A DNA stretch of 59,379 nt, filler included, from Platydemus manokwari (taxonomy: Eukaryota), in assembly GCA_037951405.1 (NCBI GenBank). It is 5 parts of 5 records of this genome, joined end to end, with 100 filler letters (N's around TTAATTAATTAA, not from the genome) between each part and the next. Parts side by side here need not be neighbours in the genome. Positions count along the whole stretch, not along the records: positions 34,511 to 45,554 come from JBBMOY010949973.1; positions 45,655 to 59,379 come from JBBMOY011633626.1; 3 more parts are not named here. The stretch is one strand, 5' to 3'. A model generated the notes under the pieces. The model made no database searches. It was not told where the DNA came from and saw nothing but the letters and a program-made list of their open reading frames with translations. Of the stretch, positions 40,003 to 51,699 are shown piece by piece. Position numbers and translations under genes: made by a program. Numbering within the stretch: position 1 is the first letter of the stretch; the number at the start of each line of letters is the position of its first letter.

Positions 40003-43000
40003 TTACAAATCGGAAAATTCGTCCCATATTTGCTGTGATATCGGGCTGACATATTTCATGTACGTGTTTTCATTTTCTGTGTACGCCGAATAATAAAACA
40101 CAAACGGAGTCGGATTCTCCTCATTGTATGCGAAAGAATACGGATCGATTTTCATGGTTGCTTTGGTGGATCCTGGCCTGAGATAAAGTTTTTCTACTGG
40201 CGAATATTTGGCAATTTGAAAAGGATATGCAGCGACAAAGCATTTGGTGATGAATTCAGATTTGGTGACGTTGTTATGTTCGAATGGAAACGTTTCTTTG
40301 ATACTCGTTCGTATTTTCGATGCAGTAGTCAAACAGAATTTGTTCAGTGAAAATGATTTCAAAAATACAAAGCGATCTTCTTTGGATAAATTGATATAAT
40401 GGCGGTAGAATTTGATGAGAAATTCCAGATCGTCATTGCCATCATAAATTGTTTTCAGTTTCTGAATAGAATCCATAGTAAAATGATGATTTCATTGGTT
40501 GATTATAAGAAAGAATAAAACCGTCAACTTGATCCATTAGACGGTTAAATAGAACTAAACGAATGGCAATATCCTTTCAGAAAAATATTGTTCGTTGGGC
40601 AAAATTAGAAATTTTAAAGATTAAAACAAAAATTCATTTTAAAACAAATGCATTGCAGAGCTAATAGAGTGCGATGAAACGGTTTTGGTCCCTTCTCTGA
40701 TTTCTCAACCCTTTATTTTCCAAATCTTTTCATTATTTTCAAAAAATAATATAACACTCAAAAATAAATAGTTTAAAATTCTTAATAAGGAATTATTTTA
40801 GTTCCACTATCAATCGGACGCAAATATTGTTCAAATCAATGTCAATACAAACCAATGAGTCAGAAGCAGAGCAATCTAATTACAAAACAAATGCACCACT
40901 CTACCCCTGTTTGATCAGTGAAACAGTTTTTATTATTCTCGGGAATTTCAACCCGCTATTTTTCAAATCTTTTTATTTTCAAAAAATAGTATAACACCTA
41001 AAAATCAATAGTTTTAAAATTTTATATAAATAGTTGTAATTCTACTGCCAATTCCTGACGCAAATACAAACCAATGAGTCAGAAGCATACCACTCTAGTT
41101 ACAAATTAATAAAAGAATTATAGCGCTATTTGATTGGTTAATCAAAATGCACAATTTTACCCTTGTTTGATTAGTGAAACGGTTGTGATCATTCTCGATT
41201 ATTGCAACACGCTATTTTCAAAATCATTTTATTTTCAAAAAATAGTATAACAACTCAAAAATCAATATTTTTAAATTTTAAACAAGAAGTTATTTTAGTT
41301 CCACTGCCAACCTCTGATGCAAATATTGTTCCAATCAATGTCAATACCAACCAATGACTCAGGAGTAGACCACTTCAATCACAAATTAATAGAAGAATTC
41401 TACCGTTATTTGATTGGTTAATTCATAACCATCTCATCTGAATATTTACTCCAATAATTGTGGCTCACACAGTAACAGTCCATAACAACATTACTTAATG
41501 GTTCACAATATATTCAAATAATTATAATTCCGAATCGAATGACAAACTCAAATTTCACAATCACTTATTAATCAATAAACCTCACATCTAATATCTTTAA
41601 TAAGAATTACCAAATTAAAATTACCTTCAAATGCACCGATTCATTATTGTAAAGATTTGCAAATAACTCGTCCGATACCTGGAGAAGAGACACCAATGTC
41701 AAACACGATACGAAGCATTCATTTTTCAATGCACAAATCAAAACACAGGCAGCTCGACAATCGAGTGGTCTCAATTTCAAGCAATCTCGACCCAATTCTG
41801 TTAACTGGAAAATATAAACATAAATCGATTTCTCAACGAAAATATACAAAAGAAAAATAAACGTGCATTTATTTGTAAAACTAGAACGAAAAATATCTCG
41901 TCACTACCAATGGATAAATCAATACAATTTTTATCGGAGTAACATTGATCGATAATTGGTTTAACCAATTTCTGATGACTCACTCTAATTAAAACAAGAT
42001 GTTCAATATTAACCATTTAAATCATTATATTTTGTGTTGCTTTTATTTTATTTGTGGATTTTTGCACTCAAACTCGATCGATTGTATTAATCAAAGCTAG
42101 TTCAAACAATTAAAACGGTGATTATATAATATCGATAGATTCATTATTTAACTTTAATACATAGATTTAAAACCCATTACACGATTCGAATCGATAATCA
42201 GTACGAGAAACATTACAGAATGGCTATGGGAAAGATGGTGCTCAAAGAAGCACTTCAACGACCTAAAGAAATAAATTACCTCATAATTCATGATTGTCAT
42301 GATGACTTTTGGACGTTGAGAATTGTCTTGGGGTAAATTAGAATTCGTTTTCACAATCAGTTTCGATTTCATCAGATTTTCCACACTACACCTCAATGGC
42401 AACAACAAATACGAAAAAGTCGACCGAAAACTCTCCCAACTGTTCGCGCCTAGAGCAATTTGACAGAAGACAAAGTCCGTGACATCGTGTTTGATTTTTA
42501 GAGAATTTGTGAAATCGATATTGGAAGGAAATAAAAATCGTTTATCCGTCCCATAGAGTTGGAAAATTTTCCCGTTGGGTTTTTTGGCATAATGAGATCG
42601 GATCATTGAATCGATCAGCTCGATCTTTTCAGTATTCATACAATCAACTCGGGCTATTTTGTGAAATTTCCGAACAGTTATCAAACCACAATCAATAACG
42701 TAATCGAAATCGACATTCAATGAATGCAAAACGTTTTTGTCTGCACATGAAGTCAACACCAATAATGATGAATACGATGTGAGATTTTTCTTATTGACGT
42801 TGTTATCAACCAAAACAATATAAGCGTTGATCATGCTCACGAGTCGACTGTTGAGCCATTTATAGGCCGTGCTCGAATCGGCATGATCGGCTAGAAAGAC
42901 CAATACTTTTAAATTTGTCGCATTGATATTGGAATTGAATTCATCCAATTTATTTGTGAAAAGTAGATAAATAGTCTTGAAAACACTTTCCAAATAATTA

Positions 43001-43581
43001 CCAGGATTGACATCTGCTTCCAAATTCAGAGCATTGTCACTATATGGAACATCAATATTGAATATCATAGAATTTTCAAATAAATTAAGCAAACAATCAA
43101 TTGGTAAAGGATAAGTTAATAATATAATTTTCAAATTTGTCAAATTAGCTAATCGTCTTTGATTTTGAATGTACTGGATATTGGAAACAACAAGATCACT
43201 ATAAGGATCTTTGTGATGGAAATTATTTAATATCAAAGTTTCATATTTAGATAATTTTATATCTTTTAGTAAATGACTAGAAAATTCTAAACTTGAGATT
43301 ATCTCGTAAGGATTATCGCGTTCCAGCACAGGCTTGTTAATTTGAAAATTGTATGGCTAACAAAAGATTAACATAATAAACTTTGAATAACAATGTACTT
43401 CAATCCAAATGGCATTATCTAACTTCGGTAAATATTGCTGAACCTCTGTTTGTAAATAAATTCCATTGAATACCAAAGGTATACATTTAGCTAAAGAATT
43501 TTCTATAATTTCAAAAAAATCATTCTTAAAAGTTGAAACGTTTTTCCGGTGTTCAACTTTGATAACTGATGAAAATCTCAT
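40003..43581 (-). CDS. Highly divergent DEAH/RHA RNA-helicase homologue (RecA1-RecA2-HA2-OB order), multi-exon, catalytic motifs degenerate
   Basis: LVFLAD (cf. LVFLTG), DYVIDCG (motif V region), GKIFQLY (cf. GKCFRLY), LTELGR (HA2), PFVFYYS...TYMKYVSPI...W (OB fold); spans ORF-track pieces 43357-43581, 42154-43329, 41607-41849, 40003-40476. Confidence 0.75.
40676..41420. repeat. Three diverged tandem copies of a roughly 250-bp unit inside the helicase intron
   Basis: Units start near 40676, 40920, 41176; shared GAAAC.GTT...ATTTTCAAAAAATA.TATAAC...TTC.ACT...CAAATA...ACCAATGA(G/C)TCAG. Confidence 0.9.
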
Positions 43582-43776
43582 CTACAAAACTAAATTTATT
43601 TATTTAATCAAATTTTTTATTTTAAGTACATTTGATATTTAAATATGATTAATATAAAAATATTATTTAAACAAATAAAATATTGCAAAGTCAATCCACA
43701 ATTTTATATTATACATTTATATCAAACTATTTACATAAATTTTAGGAAGCCTTTACATATATTTCTAAATAAACGT

Positions 43777-44213
43777 TTAAATATTATTTGAAGTTGATAT
43801 TATAACACGTTTAGAATTAGTATGATCGACTGTTGAAACTGGAGTAATAACAAAAATAATTTGATTAGCATCAGGCAGTATGGAAATAAAATCATTAGAC
43901 GATGATGGAGAACATTCAGCCGTTTTTATATTATTATTGGTCAGAAATTCCTTATTCAGCTTGCTTTCGTACTTAATGGTTCCTATGGAATTACAATCAT
44001 TAGACTTTTTGTTTGAAGTTGCTGAATCTATTGTAGTCGGTCCTTTTAAATGAATTTTTAGATGCCTTTTGCATTCGTCAGATCTTGCAAATCTTTTATC
44101 ACACAGTTGACAAAGGTATGGTTTCTCGCCAGTGTGAGTTCTTATGTGTGTTGCTAAGTGATCAGAACGACTGAAGCACCTCTCACATTTTGAACATTTG
44201 AAAGGTTTTTCTC
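43777..44213 (-). CDS. Last exon of an EGR-family (Egr/Krox/stripe) C2H2 zinc-finger gene, fingers 2 and 3
   Basis: Acceptor TTTTACAG then [55 protein letters not shown]; RSDHL.T and RSDE.KR helices are EGR-diagnostic; stop 43777; absent from the ORF track. Confidence 0.88.
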
Positions 44214-45481
44214 CTGTAAAATAAGAAAAGATAAATATTTTTTTAGATAAAAAATTAATTACAACTCTTGATTATATAAACATTTTACGCGCAAGTAATA
44301 TTTTACTTTTAAAATAATCATGCTTTACAAAAATTATTATGAACTAAGAATGTGCTAATCCTATGAGAATACCGAAAATTAATTGCTCTTAGAATTTAGG
44401 ATTTTCATAGAAAAACTTAGAATGGATAAATTCCTAACTAATTACAATCTCGAATTTGAAAAATAATTACATTGTAAAGGTTCATAATTGAGCATTTAAT
44501 AATATATAATTAACAAAAAAAGTAAAATTGAACATAATTAATTATTTTCATTGATAATCTTTTCGAAAAATATAAATTAAATACGATAAATTTCAAATTC
44601 AAATATCTATGAAGATAAATAATCAATAAAAATTCAAAAGTACAATTAAAGTAAAATTTGGTTGAAATTTGATCATACATAATAACTAAAAATTTTTTAT
44701 AAAATTTACTAATAACATAAAAATAAAACAATTGAAATATAAATTATATTTTCTTTGAAAACTTCATTTCATTATTTTAACCTTTAAAATTTGTTGATTA
44801 TTTTCTATAATTAAATGAAAATGATTTGAAAAAACTTATTAAAATAAATTATAGAATTAATTGTATGTATTATAAATCAATATCCATCAATAAAATCAAA
44901 ATGCATAATAATTAATAAAGACAACAATACTTAAAAATAAAAAGAATTGCTTGGAATATAAAACTGAATTACGGATTAGGAAGTCGAACAAACTTTGGAT
45001 TAAAATTATCGGGGTTGGTAAATAATAGTAATCTGAACGTTTTACCAAAAGAAATTCAATTTTGATTAATAGAAAAAATTCAGAGATGTTGTTATGCCTT
45101 TATTAAGTTATTTTACGAATTTCATTACTTAGGCTTAGGACGTTAGAGTTCTTGGTAATTATTTTTTATGTACACACACACATATATATATATATATATA
45201 GCGACTGTTAGTTACTAAATAATTATTAAGTTAGTATAAAAATTGAAAGTTATTTGAATAAGCTATCCAATCGAAAGACAAAATGAAATGTTAAATAAGC
45301 ATAACCAGATGACAATTTGGATATCGAAATTATTTAATAAAAGTAATTCATCCAACTTAAATGCTGATTATAAAAGATAAAGTTTAATAGCACATAAAAT
45401 TAAAAAGCACTTTAAAAAGAAGATGTTCTGACATTATTAGGGTAAAAACTCTCAGTATTTATTAATAAATAATCATTAATA

Positions 45482-45554
45482 TATTAGGTTGTAAATAAAG
45501 TTCGCGGACAAAATTGGAAATAAAAATTTGTTGTACATAAATTTATTTAAAACA
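45482..45554 (+). mobile_element. Terminal part of a mariner-type element cut by contig end
   Basis: TA-TTAGGTTGTAAATAAAGTTCGCGGAC...; inverted near-identical copy of positions 4-76. Confidence 0.75.
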
Positions 45555-45654
45555 NNNNNNNNNNNNNNNNNNNNNNNNNNNNNNNNNNNNNNNNNNNNTT
45601 AATTAATTAANNNNNNNNNNNNNNNNNNNNNNNNNNNNNNNNNNNNNNNNNNNN
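45555..45654. other. Artificial contig spacer
   Basis: N44-TTAATTAATTAA-N44. Confidence 0.97.
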
Positions 45655-46079
45655 AAAAAATTATTGAATATCTCTTCATGTGTATGATAAATATTGGTTG
45701 GTGTTTCTTACAGAATTTTATATAAGAACATATAAATTATCAAATATTAATAAAATTATCTACTGACTATTTTTAACCAGCTTCAATAATATAAAAATAT
45801 TTTCACTCAAGTGTTTCTTAAAGAATTTTATTTATATAAAACATTTATTGAAATATGAAATGATTTTTATTATTAATAAATTTATTTATTAATGCATTAT
45901 TAATGTTTTATTATTAATTTGTCTAATATAAAAAATTTAACAGTTACGATTCCTTCAATTTGGTAAATATCAAAGTTGAAATCCCAAACCCCTAGAATTC
46001 GTAAATTAAGAATAAGTCGTAAGTGAGAAACAAATATCGTCTCTATTTGTGGCCAATTTTGTAACTCATGTTGACTGAG

Positions 46080-46797
46080 TCATTTTTCCATTACTCTTTT
46101 ACATCTGTTGGCATGTACCTTCAATGATACATTAAACTCATTGAGTTTCCTCTACAAAATTTGTTAGTTAAAGAAATACAACTAATTCTTCACGGACGGT
46201 TGTAACTGTGAAGCCGGTTATTTGACTGGTTGCAGAGTATTTGATAGACGCCATTGGTTAAGGTTTGCTCTTATATTCCTTTAGCAAAACTTCTTTTTAA
46301 TTTGTAATAAGTCATTCTAACTGTCAGAATAATTTTAAGAGTTTTTATCAAGTTATTTAAGTACCGTGTTTCTTTATTGAATCACTAATAACTCATTTCT
46401 GTTATATTAATGCTTGATTTCTCGATACATAGGTTGGTCCCTGTTTTCTTTAGTGAATTTAGCCATTTTTCTGATTTTTTTTCTTTGAAGTTAATGTCAC
46501 CTGTGATGTCGTCCACATATTCCTTTCGAATATTTCAAGATTACCTTTTTTCCAAAATAGACATGCTTCTTTCAATATTAACTCATATTTCGATATTTTG
46601 AACCGTATATCTGATTTTTTCAATAATAACAATAATGATATTATCAAGGTTAAAGTTCTTCATTTCAAAATATGGAACACAGATCTTAAACAGATAAAAA
46701 ATAATTATAAATAAATGATATAATATACTTAAGATTCAAATAAAAATCTTGATCAAGAACAATAGGATAGCAAGCATGACTTGATCACTAGTGAAAT

Positions 46798-46835
<38 letters not shown>

Positions 46836-47905
46836 TGTGAATACTACCTCTTCTTCTTGCCGTCTTCGTTCTTTACTTTTATTCTATATCTAGCTGATAT
46901 GTGTACTATTGACTGAACCACACTAACGAAATAGGTACAGAAGGTTGATTCTAGTTTTTTTGTCTTCTATGAAAAGTAAGGTAATACAATCACTTGCATT
47001 ATTTTTGGTTTGAATATAGGCTTAATCCTCTTCGTTATGGATGCACAATATTCTCCTCTGATTATTGTAACTAGGCTTTTTAGGTAAATGGCATTCTCTG
47101 AACGAATATCCTTCTTTTCCGCATATCAAACATTTATTCCGCAGTACAAATTCGAACTTCAGGTGTCCAGGCTCACCACAGAAAAAACAAGCACCTGATT
47201 TCCAATAATCACCACCTGGTGGGTTTTCCTCTACAACCTTTATAGAATTTAGAGGCAATAGTTATCACTGATGCTTCATGATAATCTTTTATGCCAAAAT
47301 CTCTTTCCAGCACGATTAGGCTTGGCTTGTGAAACAAAGTCTCCTTTGATAAAGTTTTTCTTTGGTCACTTTAAAATACTGACTGACCATATGTCTTCTT
47401 GATGACGTTTATGAGCTTCGTCGGAGTTAACTTCTCAAAATTGACAGCTAGCTCTCTTCTTCTATCGTCGGACATTGTAGTGTCGAGAGTAAATGACTTT
47501 TTCAATTTCTTGCTTTTGGAACCTTGCAAAATAAGTAGTCTTGGAATTTCTTCAATAATTTTTTTCTTGTCAAAGACATCTTAAACTAGTTTCTTTACCC
47601 AATGTTTAAAACAACAATATTTTCAATCCGGCCTTTGTTGAATTGCTGCTAAGTCCTGAATCTTGTCGTACAATGTTATGGAATGTGAAAATATTTCAAA
47701 AAACCATTTTTTTTACTTTCTTCATAAGGAACAGCCTCTCTGAAACTGCTGAATTCTTGCTGTTTGGCGTCATCTATCAAAAGCATGTCAAATACAAATG
47801 ATAGCTCCATTTGATTAAAGGTCTTGAAATCTTTGATTGTTTGGAACCATTTCTCAGCATCTTGGATTAATGAATCGAAGAATTACGGTTTCGTTATTAA
47901 TAACT
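46080..47905 (-). mobile_element. Heavily deleted Ty3/gypsy-type LTR retrotransposon (gag, two zinc knuckles, RT and integrase scraps)
   Basis: CFFCGEPGHLKFE and CLICGKEGYSFREC knuckles in 47022-47258; YVDD at 46508-46519 followed by LNSLKKTGTNLCIEKS; KVHANRCKR integrase-end-like motif near 46100; no LTRs recognised. Confidence 0.7.
46798..46835. repeat. (GATA)n microsatellite
   Basis: Seen directly. Confidence 0.95.
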
Positions 47906-47934
47906 CTTGAGTTTATTGTGGCAGATTTATTCAC

Positions 47935-48952
47935 TAAAATCATTTCATTATCCTTGTTAAAATGGAGTGTCAGGTAGGTAAAAATAATGATTTTCCTTAT
48001 GTCCTTCTTTTCTATTTTTATCAATATTTATACCCTGTAGAAGAAACCAGAATGCTTTGTTGTGGTTATAGAGAAAATACTGTTAGCAAACAAACAGCAC
48101 AAAGTGGTTATTGAAATTTACCCGTCGAAATTTAATTCAAACGGTACACTTAAGTCAGGCTTTGATGAAGACTATTTGAACCAGTTGATTCATGATAATT
48201 GGCATCAATCGACACTATGACTTGCACAAGTCACATCACTATTTCTCAACATCATAACAAAATGGTAAAAAATCAAAAGCTTAGATCACTGGTACCTCAC
48301 CTTCTCAAAGAAAGTCTCAAAAATTGACGAGTTTAGATTTCTTCATCTTGACTTGATAACCATAAATTTGCTCTGCAGCACTGTCAAACTTTCCATTGCA
48401 GGATCGTACCATGTAATGAGAAATTGTGCCTGTATGTACATATGATTTATAAAAAAGCTTATATAAGTCCCAAAATGTATCCATAACCACATGCGGAACT
48501 CGAACTTTATATGAAATACATTAAGCGAGCAAACACTGCAATCAAAATGAAGAGAGGTAATACGAAGCAGATTATTTTACGGTATGGAAATACTCGGTCT
48601 TATGTCGTCACAATAATAAAGTTGACTATTGAATTGTTTGGCTAAAATGTTCCTCCCTATCCTCAATGTTTATCCGACTTAGCCTAAATAGATTTTAATC
48701 TTTTCCGCTCCATGTTGACCCATCTTTTTAGTCTCACATTTGAAAACGAAGAAGCAACATCAGGGTGGATTGAAGATTTTTTCAACCGAAATCACCAACC
48801 TTCTTCAAACATCGCATTGACAAACTACCAGATCGATGGAAGGAAGTGATCAATTTTGCCGAAGAATATCTCACTCATTTAGACTAAGATATTTGTGTTT
48901 TCTGAAGATTTCATAAATTCATTTAATTATTAAAAACAGCACCAACCCAATA
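47935..48952 (+). mobile_element. Near full-length decayed mariner transposase pseudogene with 3' TIR
   Basis: MECQVGKN from 47962; LVPHLL (WVPH.L), RIVPCNEKLCLYV (RIVTGDEKW), PYPQCLSDLA*IDFNLFRS (HPPYSPDLAPSDYHLF), KLPDRWKEV; ends GCACCAACCCAA-TA, complementary in type to the 16289 left end. Confidence 0.9.
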
Positions 48953-48959
48953 TATGCGC

Positions 48960-49240
48960 TAAATCTATTACAAGTTGGAGATGTTGAATTGGGAACAATC
49001 GTAGCTATTGTAAATCATATCATTTTCTTTCGACTATAATTGGTGTTTTGATTATTAATATTAGTTTTAGTTTGCTCGAATATAGAAAACAACCAGCAAT
49101 TGAGAATTATAACAATTATAACCAAGAGATCAACATTATATGTTTTGATCGTATTAAACCACAGGTGTAGAAAATTTTTTTCAGTTTTCAAAGGAGGTAC
49201 TTGGAAACTCGAAATTATTGTAAAAAATACTTGCATTCAT
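48960..49240 (-). pseudogene. Fragment of a third paralogue of the local GPCR family (TM5-ICL3-TM6)
   Basis: YNVDLLVIIVIILNC...KTNINNQNTNYSRKKMI*FTIATIVPNST aligns with YNICPVIIIITLNS...KANINNQNINNIRKKMLTRFTTATLVSNST of the 50734 gene. Confidence 0.75.
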
Positions 49241-50733
49241 TTATCATTTATCAGATTCCCTTGTTGTTGGTTAAGAAGAGTTTTAAATTTTTGTAAGATT
49301 TATAGTAGGTTTATGTTTTATTTATTTAAAATGGAAATTTTTTGTGAATTTTTAGTAGAAAATAAAGTAAAATTTGTACATTTATTAAGATTTGTCTAAA
49401 ACAATTTACGGCAGAATAATAATAATAATGTCATTTGTTTAACCAAAAATTTTAATATGAAATTGCATGATAAGTTAAGGTTAATAATTCTGATAAAATA
49501 TGAATTTCAAAAGAATTCTTTTTATTTTATTATTTGAAGTCTTTAAAGTGGAGCTGGTGATTTTATTCTTCGCAAAGGCAATATTACTCTTACCTTTTAA
49601 ATCAATGATTATTACATAACAACTAAATAATTATTAACAAATAAATAAATTATTGTTTAATTTAATAAAGCTAAAAATCAAATAATCAATAAAAAATTAT
49701 TCACTAATAAATAAATAATTAAAAAATAATAATAAAATAATAATAATAAAATAATCAATAAATAATTATTCAATAATAAATAAATTATTTTTGAACAATG
49801 TTCCTTGATATGAATGATGAATAAAGAAAATTAGGAAAAATAGAGAAGAATAAAATAGATTTTATCAAAAATATTTATACTGATGTGAGCATTTATTTTA
49901 GATGTTTAACTACGGTCACGCTCGAGACTGCAATCTGAATTTTGATATATAAATTCATTATAACTTATAATTTATAATGAGCGCTGTTATGGAAATCATG
50001 ACCCACTGTCTGCAGATTATATTGTGACCCTTTCAAGTGGTTCAGAGCCACAGCGATATAAAATAAATATTATTAACTTTCATTTTTATCATTTGATTAG
50101 TTATACAATATAATGTTGCGAAAATTAAAGATGAAATTGTTGTAGTAATTGTTTTGCTTTTAAATTATCTTAAAGCTATAGACAGTTATAGGTCACCTAT
50201 TTATTGAGTGTTTGAAACACTAGTATGACACAGATGACTTAATCCCACTCAATGATGGAAGGTTAATTAATAAAGATTTTAATTTAGATATTATTTGTTC
50301 GTTTCATTCTCTATGATATGTTTGATAATATTCTATTGGATTTAACATCAATTAAAACACAGCAACATTTTATGTGTAGATGATATGATAATTTTATTCA
50401 CCATATAAATAAACAGATATCAGAATCGAATAGCAATTATTGATGACAATCTAATCTACAATTTCAAATGTCAAAATTTTTCCTTTCCATGAAAATTGTG
50501 TAAAAAGCCAATGTAATTATTCTTATCAAAGAAAGTACATGTTTTGATGCAATATTTGGTGATATGCTGACATGAGAATGTTTATTAAGTTGAACATAAT
50601 CATACTGCATAGAATTGATAAATCGATACAGATTTCAACATTCTAATCTGTCATTGGCAATTTAAATGTACCAATAAAAAATTTATTCCTGACTAAATAA
50701 ATTCTTTCCTCCATATTTGCTTGTCGATTAATC

Positions 50734-51699
50734 ATGGATTTCCAAATAAATACCAATCTTGGTGATTCTGTTGGATTTGTGATAATTCGATATCTTTTCA
50801 TTTTTGCTTTTATTTCATCGAATATTATGCTAATAGTTTTCGTGTCCAAACAAAAGATTGCATCAAGAACTGCCACAATTCTCATCAAAATCAGTACAGT
50901 TTTTGATATCATTTCACTGATATTGTTGTGTTTTGCTCCAGTTCTAAGCAACAATATTTTCCAATCTGAAAACATGAGCTATGTCAAATTTTATTGCTAT
51001 TTTATTGCAGGCAAATCAATTTTTTGGAATTTCATTAACATGAGTATTTTTCTGACCGTTTCTCTGACAATCGATAGATCGATATGCATTGTGTTTCCTT
51101 TGTATTACAAAAATAGAAAATCATTCGAAGTATATTTTTACATAATCACTTCCAGTTTGATTTCATGTTCTTTTATAATTGCTCATAAATTTTTCGTTCG
51201 AATTGAACCAAAATACCTTAATATGTCGGATGGAACCTTTCAAAACTTTTCCAACTGTGATTTTAGAGATTCAAAAATTTTTACATTGATGTTTACTCTA
51301 TTCTATAATATTTGTCCCGTGATTATAATCATCACCCTCAATAGTATTTCAGGTTACTTCATATATTTGAGCACGAAGAGTAAAGCCAATATCAATAATC
51401 AGAACATCAATAATATCCGAAAGAAAATGTTAACACGATTTACCACAGCTACTTTAGTTTCCAATTCCACTTTTGCTCTCATGCTTTTCATTGATTCAGT
51501 AATACAAATGATGAGTTCCACGAATCGTTTGCATAAACAAATATCAGATTATTATATGTATTATTATGACTTCGAATTTGGATGCCTAACTATTATCAAT
51601 CCAATATCGTACTTAATTATATTTCCAAAATTTCGTCAGTTCTCAGTTGCCTTCTTAAAATTTGTAATTTCTGCAGTATTTCCAATACATCTAAATTAA
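50734..51699 (+). CDS. Intronless divergent rhodopsin-class 7TM GPCR, 321 aa
   Basis: Seven hydrophobic segments, TM1 Asn, TM2 Asp, TM3 Cys, DRS in place of DRY followed by IVFP, NPISY (NPxxY). Confidence 0.85.
   Translation: MDFQINTNLGDSVGFVIIRYLFIFAFISSNIMLIVFVSKQKIASRTATILIKISTVFDIISLILLCFAPVLSNNIFQSENMSYVKFYCYFIAGKSIFWNFINMSIFLTVSLTIDRSICIVFPLYYKNRKSFEVYFYIITSSLISCSFIIAHKFFVRIEPKYLNMSDGTFQNFSNCDFRDSKIFTLMFTLFYNICPVIIIITLNSISGYFIYLSTKSKANINNQNINNIRKKMLTRFTTATLVSNSTFALMLFIDSVIQMMSSTNRLHKQISDYYMYYYDFEFGCLTIINPISYLIIFPKFRQFSVAFLKFVISAVFPIHLN

Noticed and set aside
50643-50975. ORF-track ORF antisense to the GPCR; likewise 23331-23549, 25326-25517, 33797-33994, 41657-41860, 18003-18224, 5349-5543
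   Set aside because: Shadow ORFs opposite better-supported features
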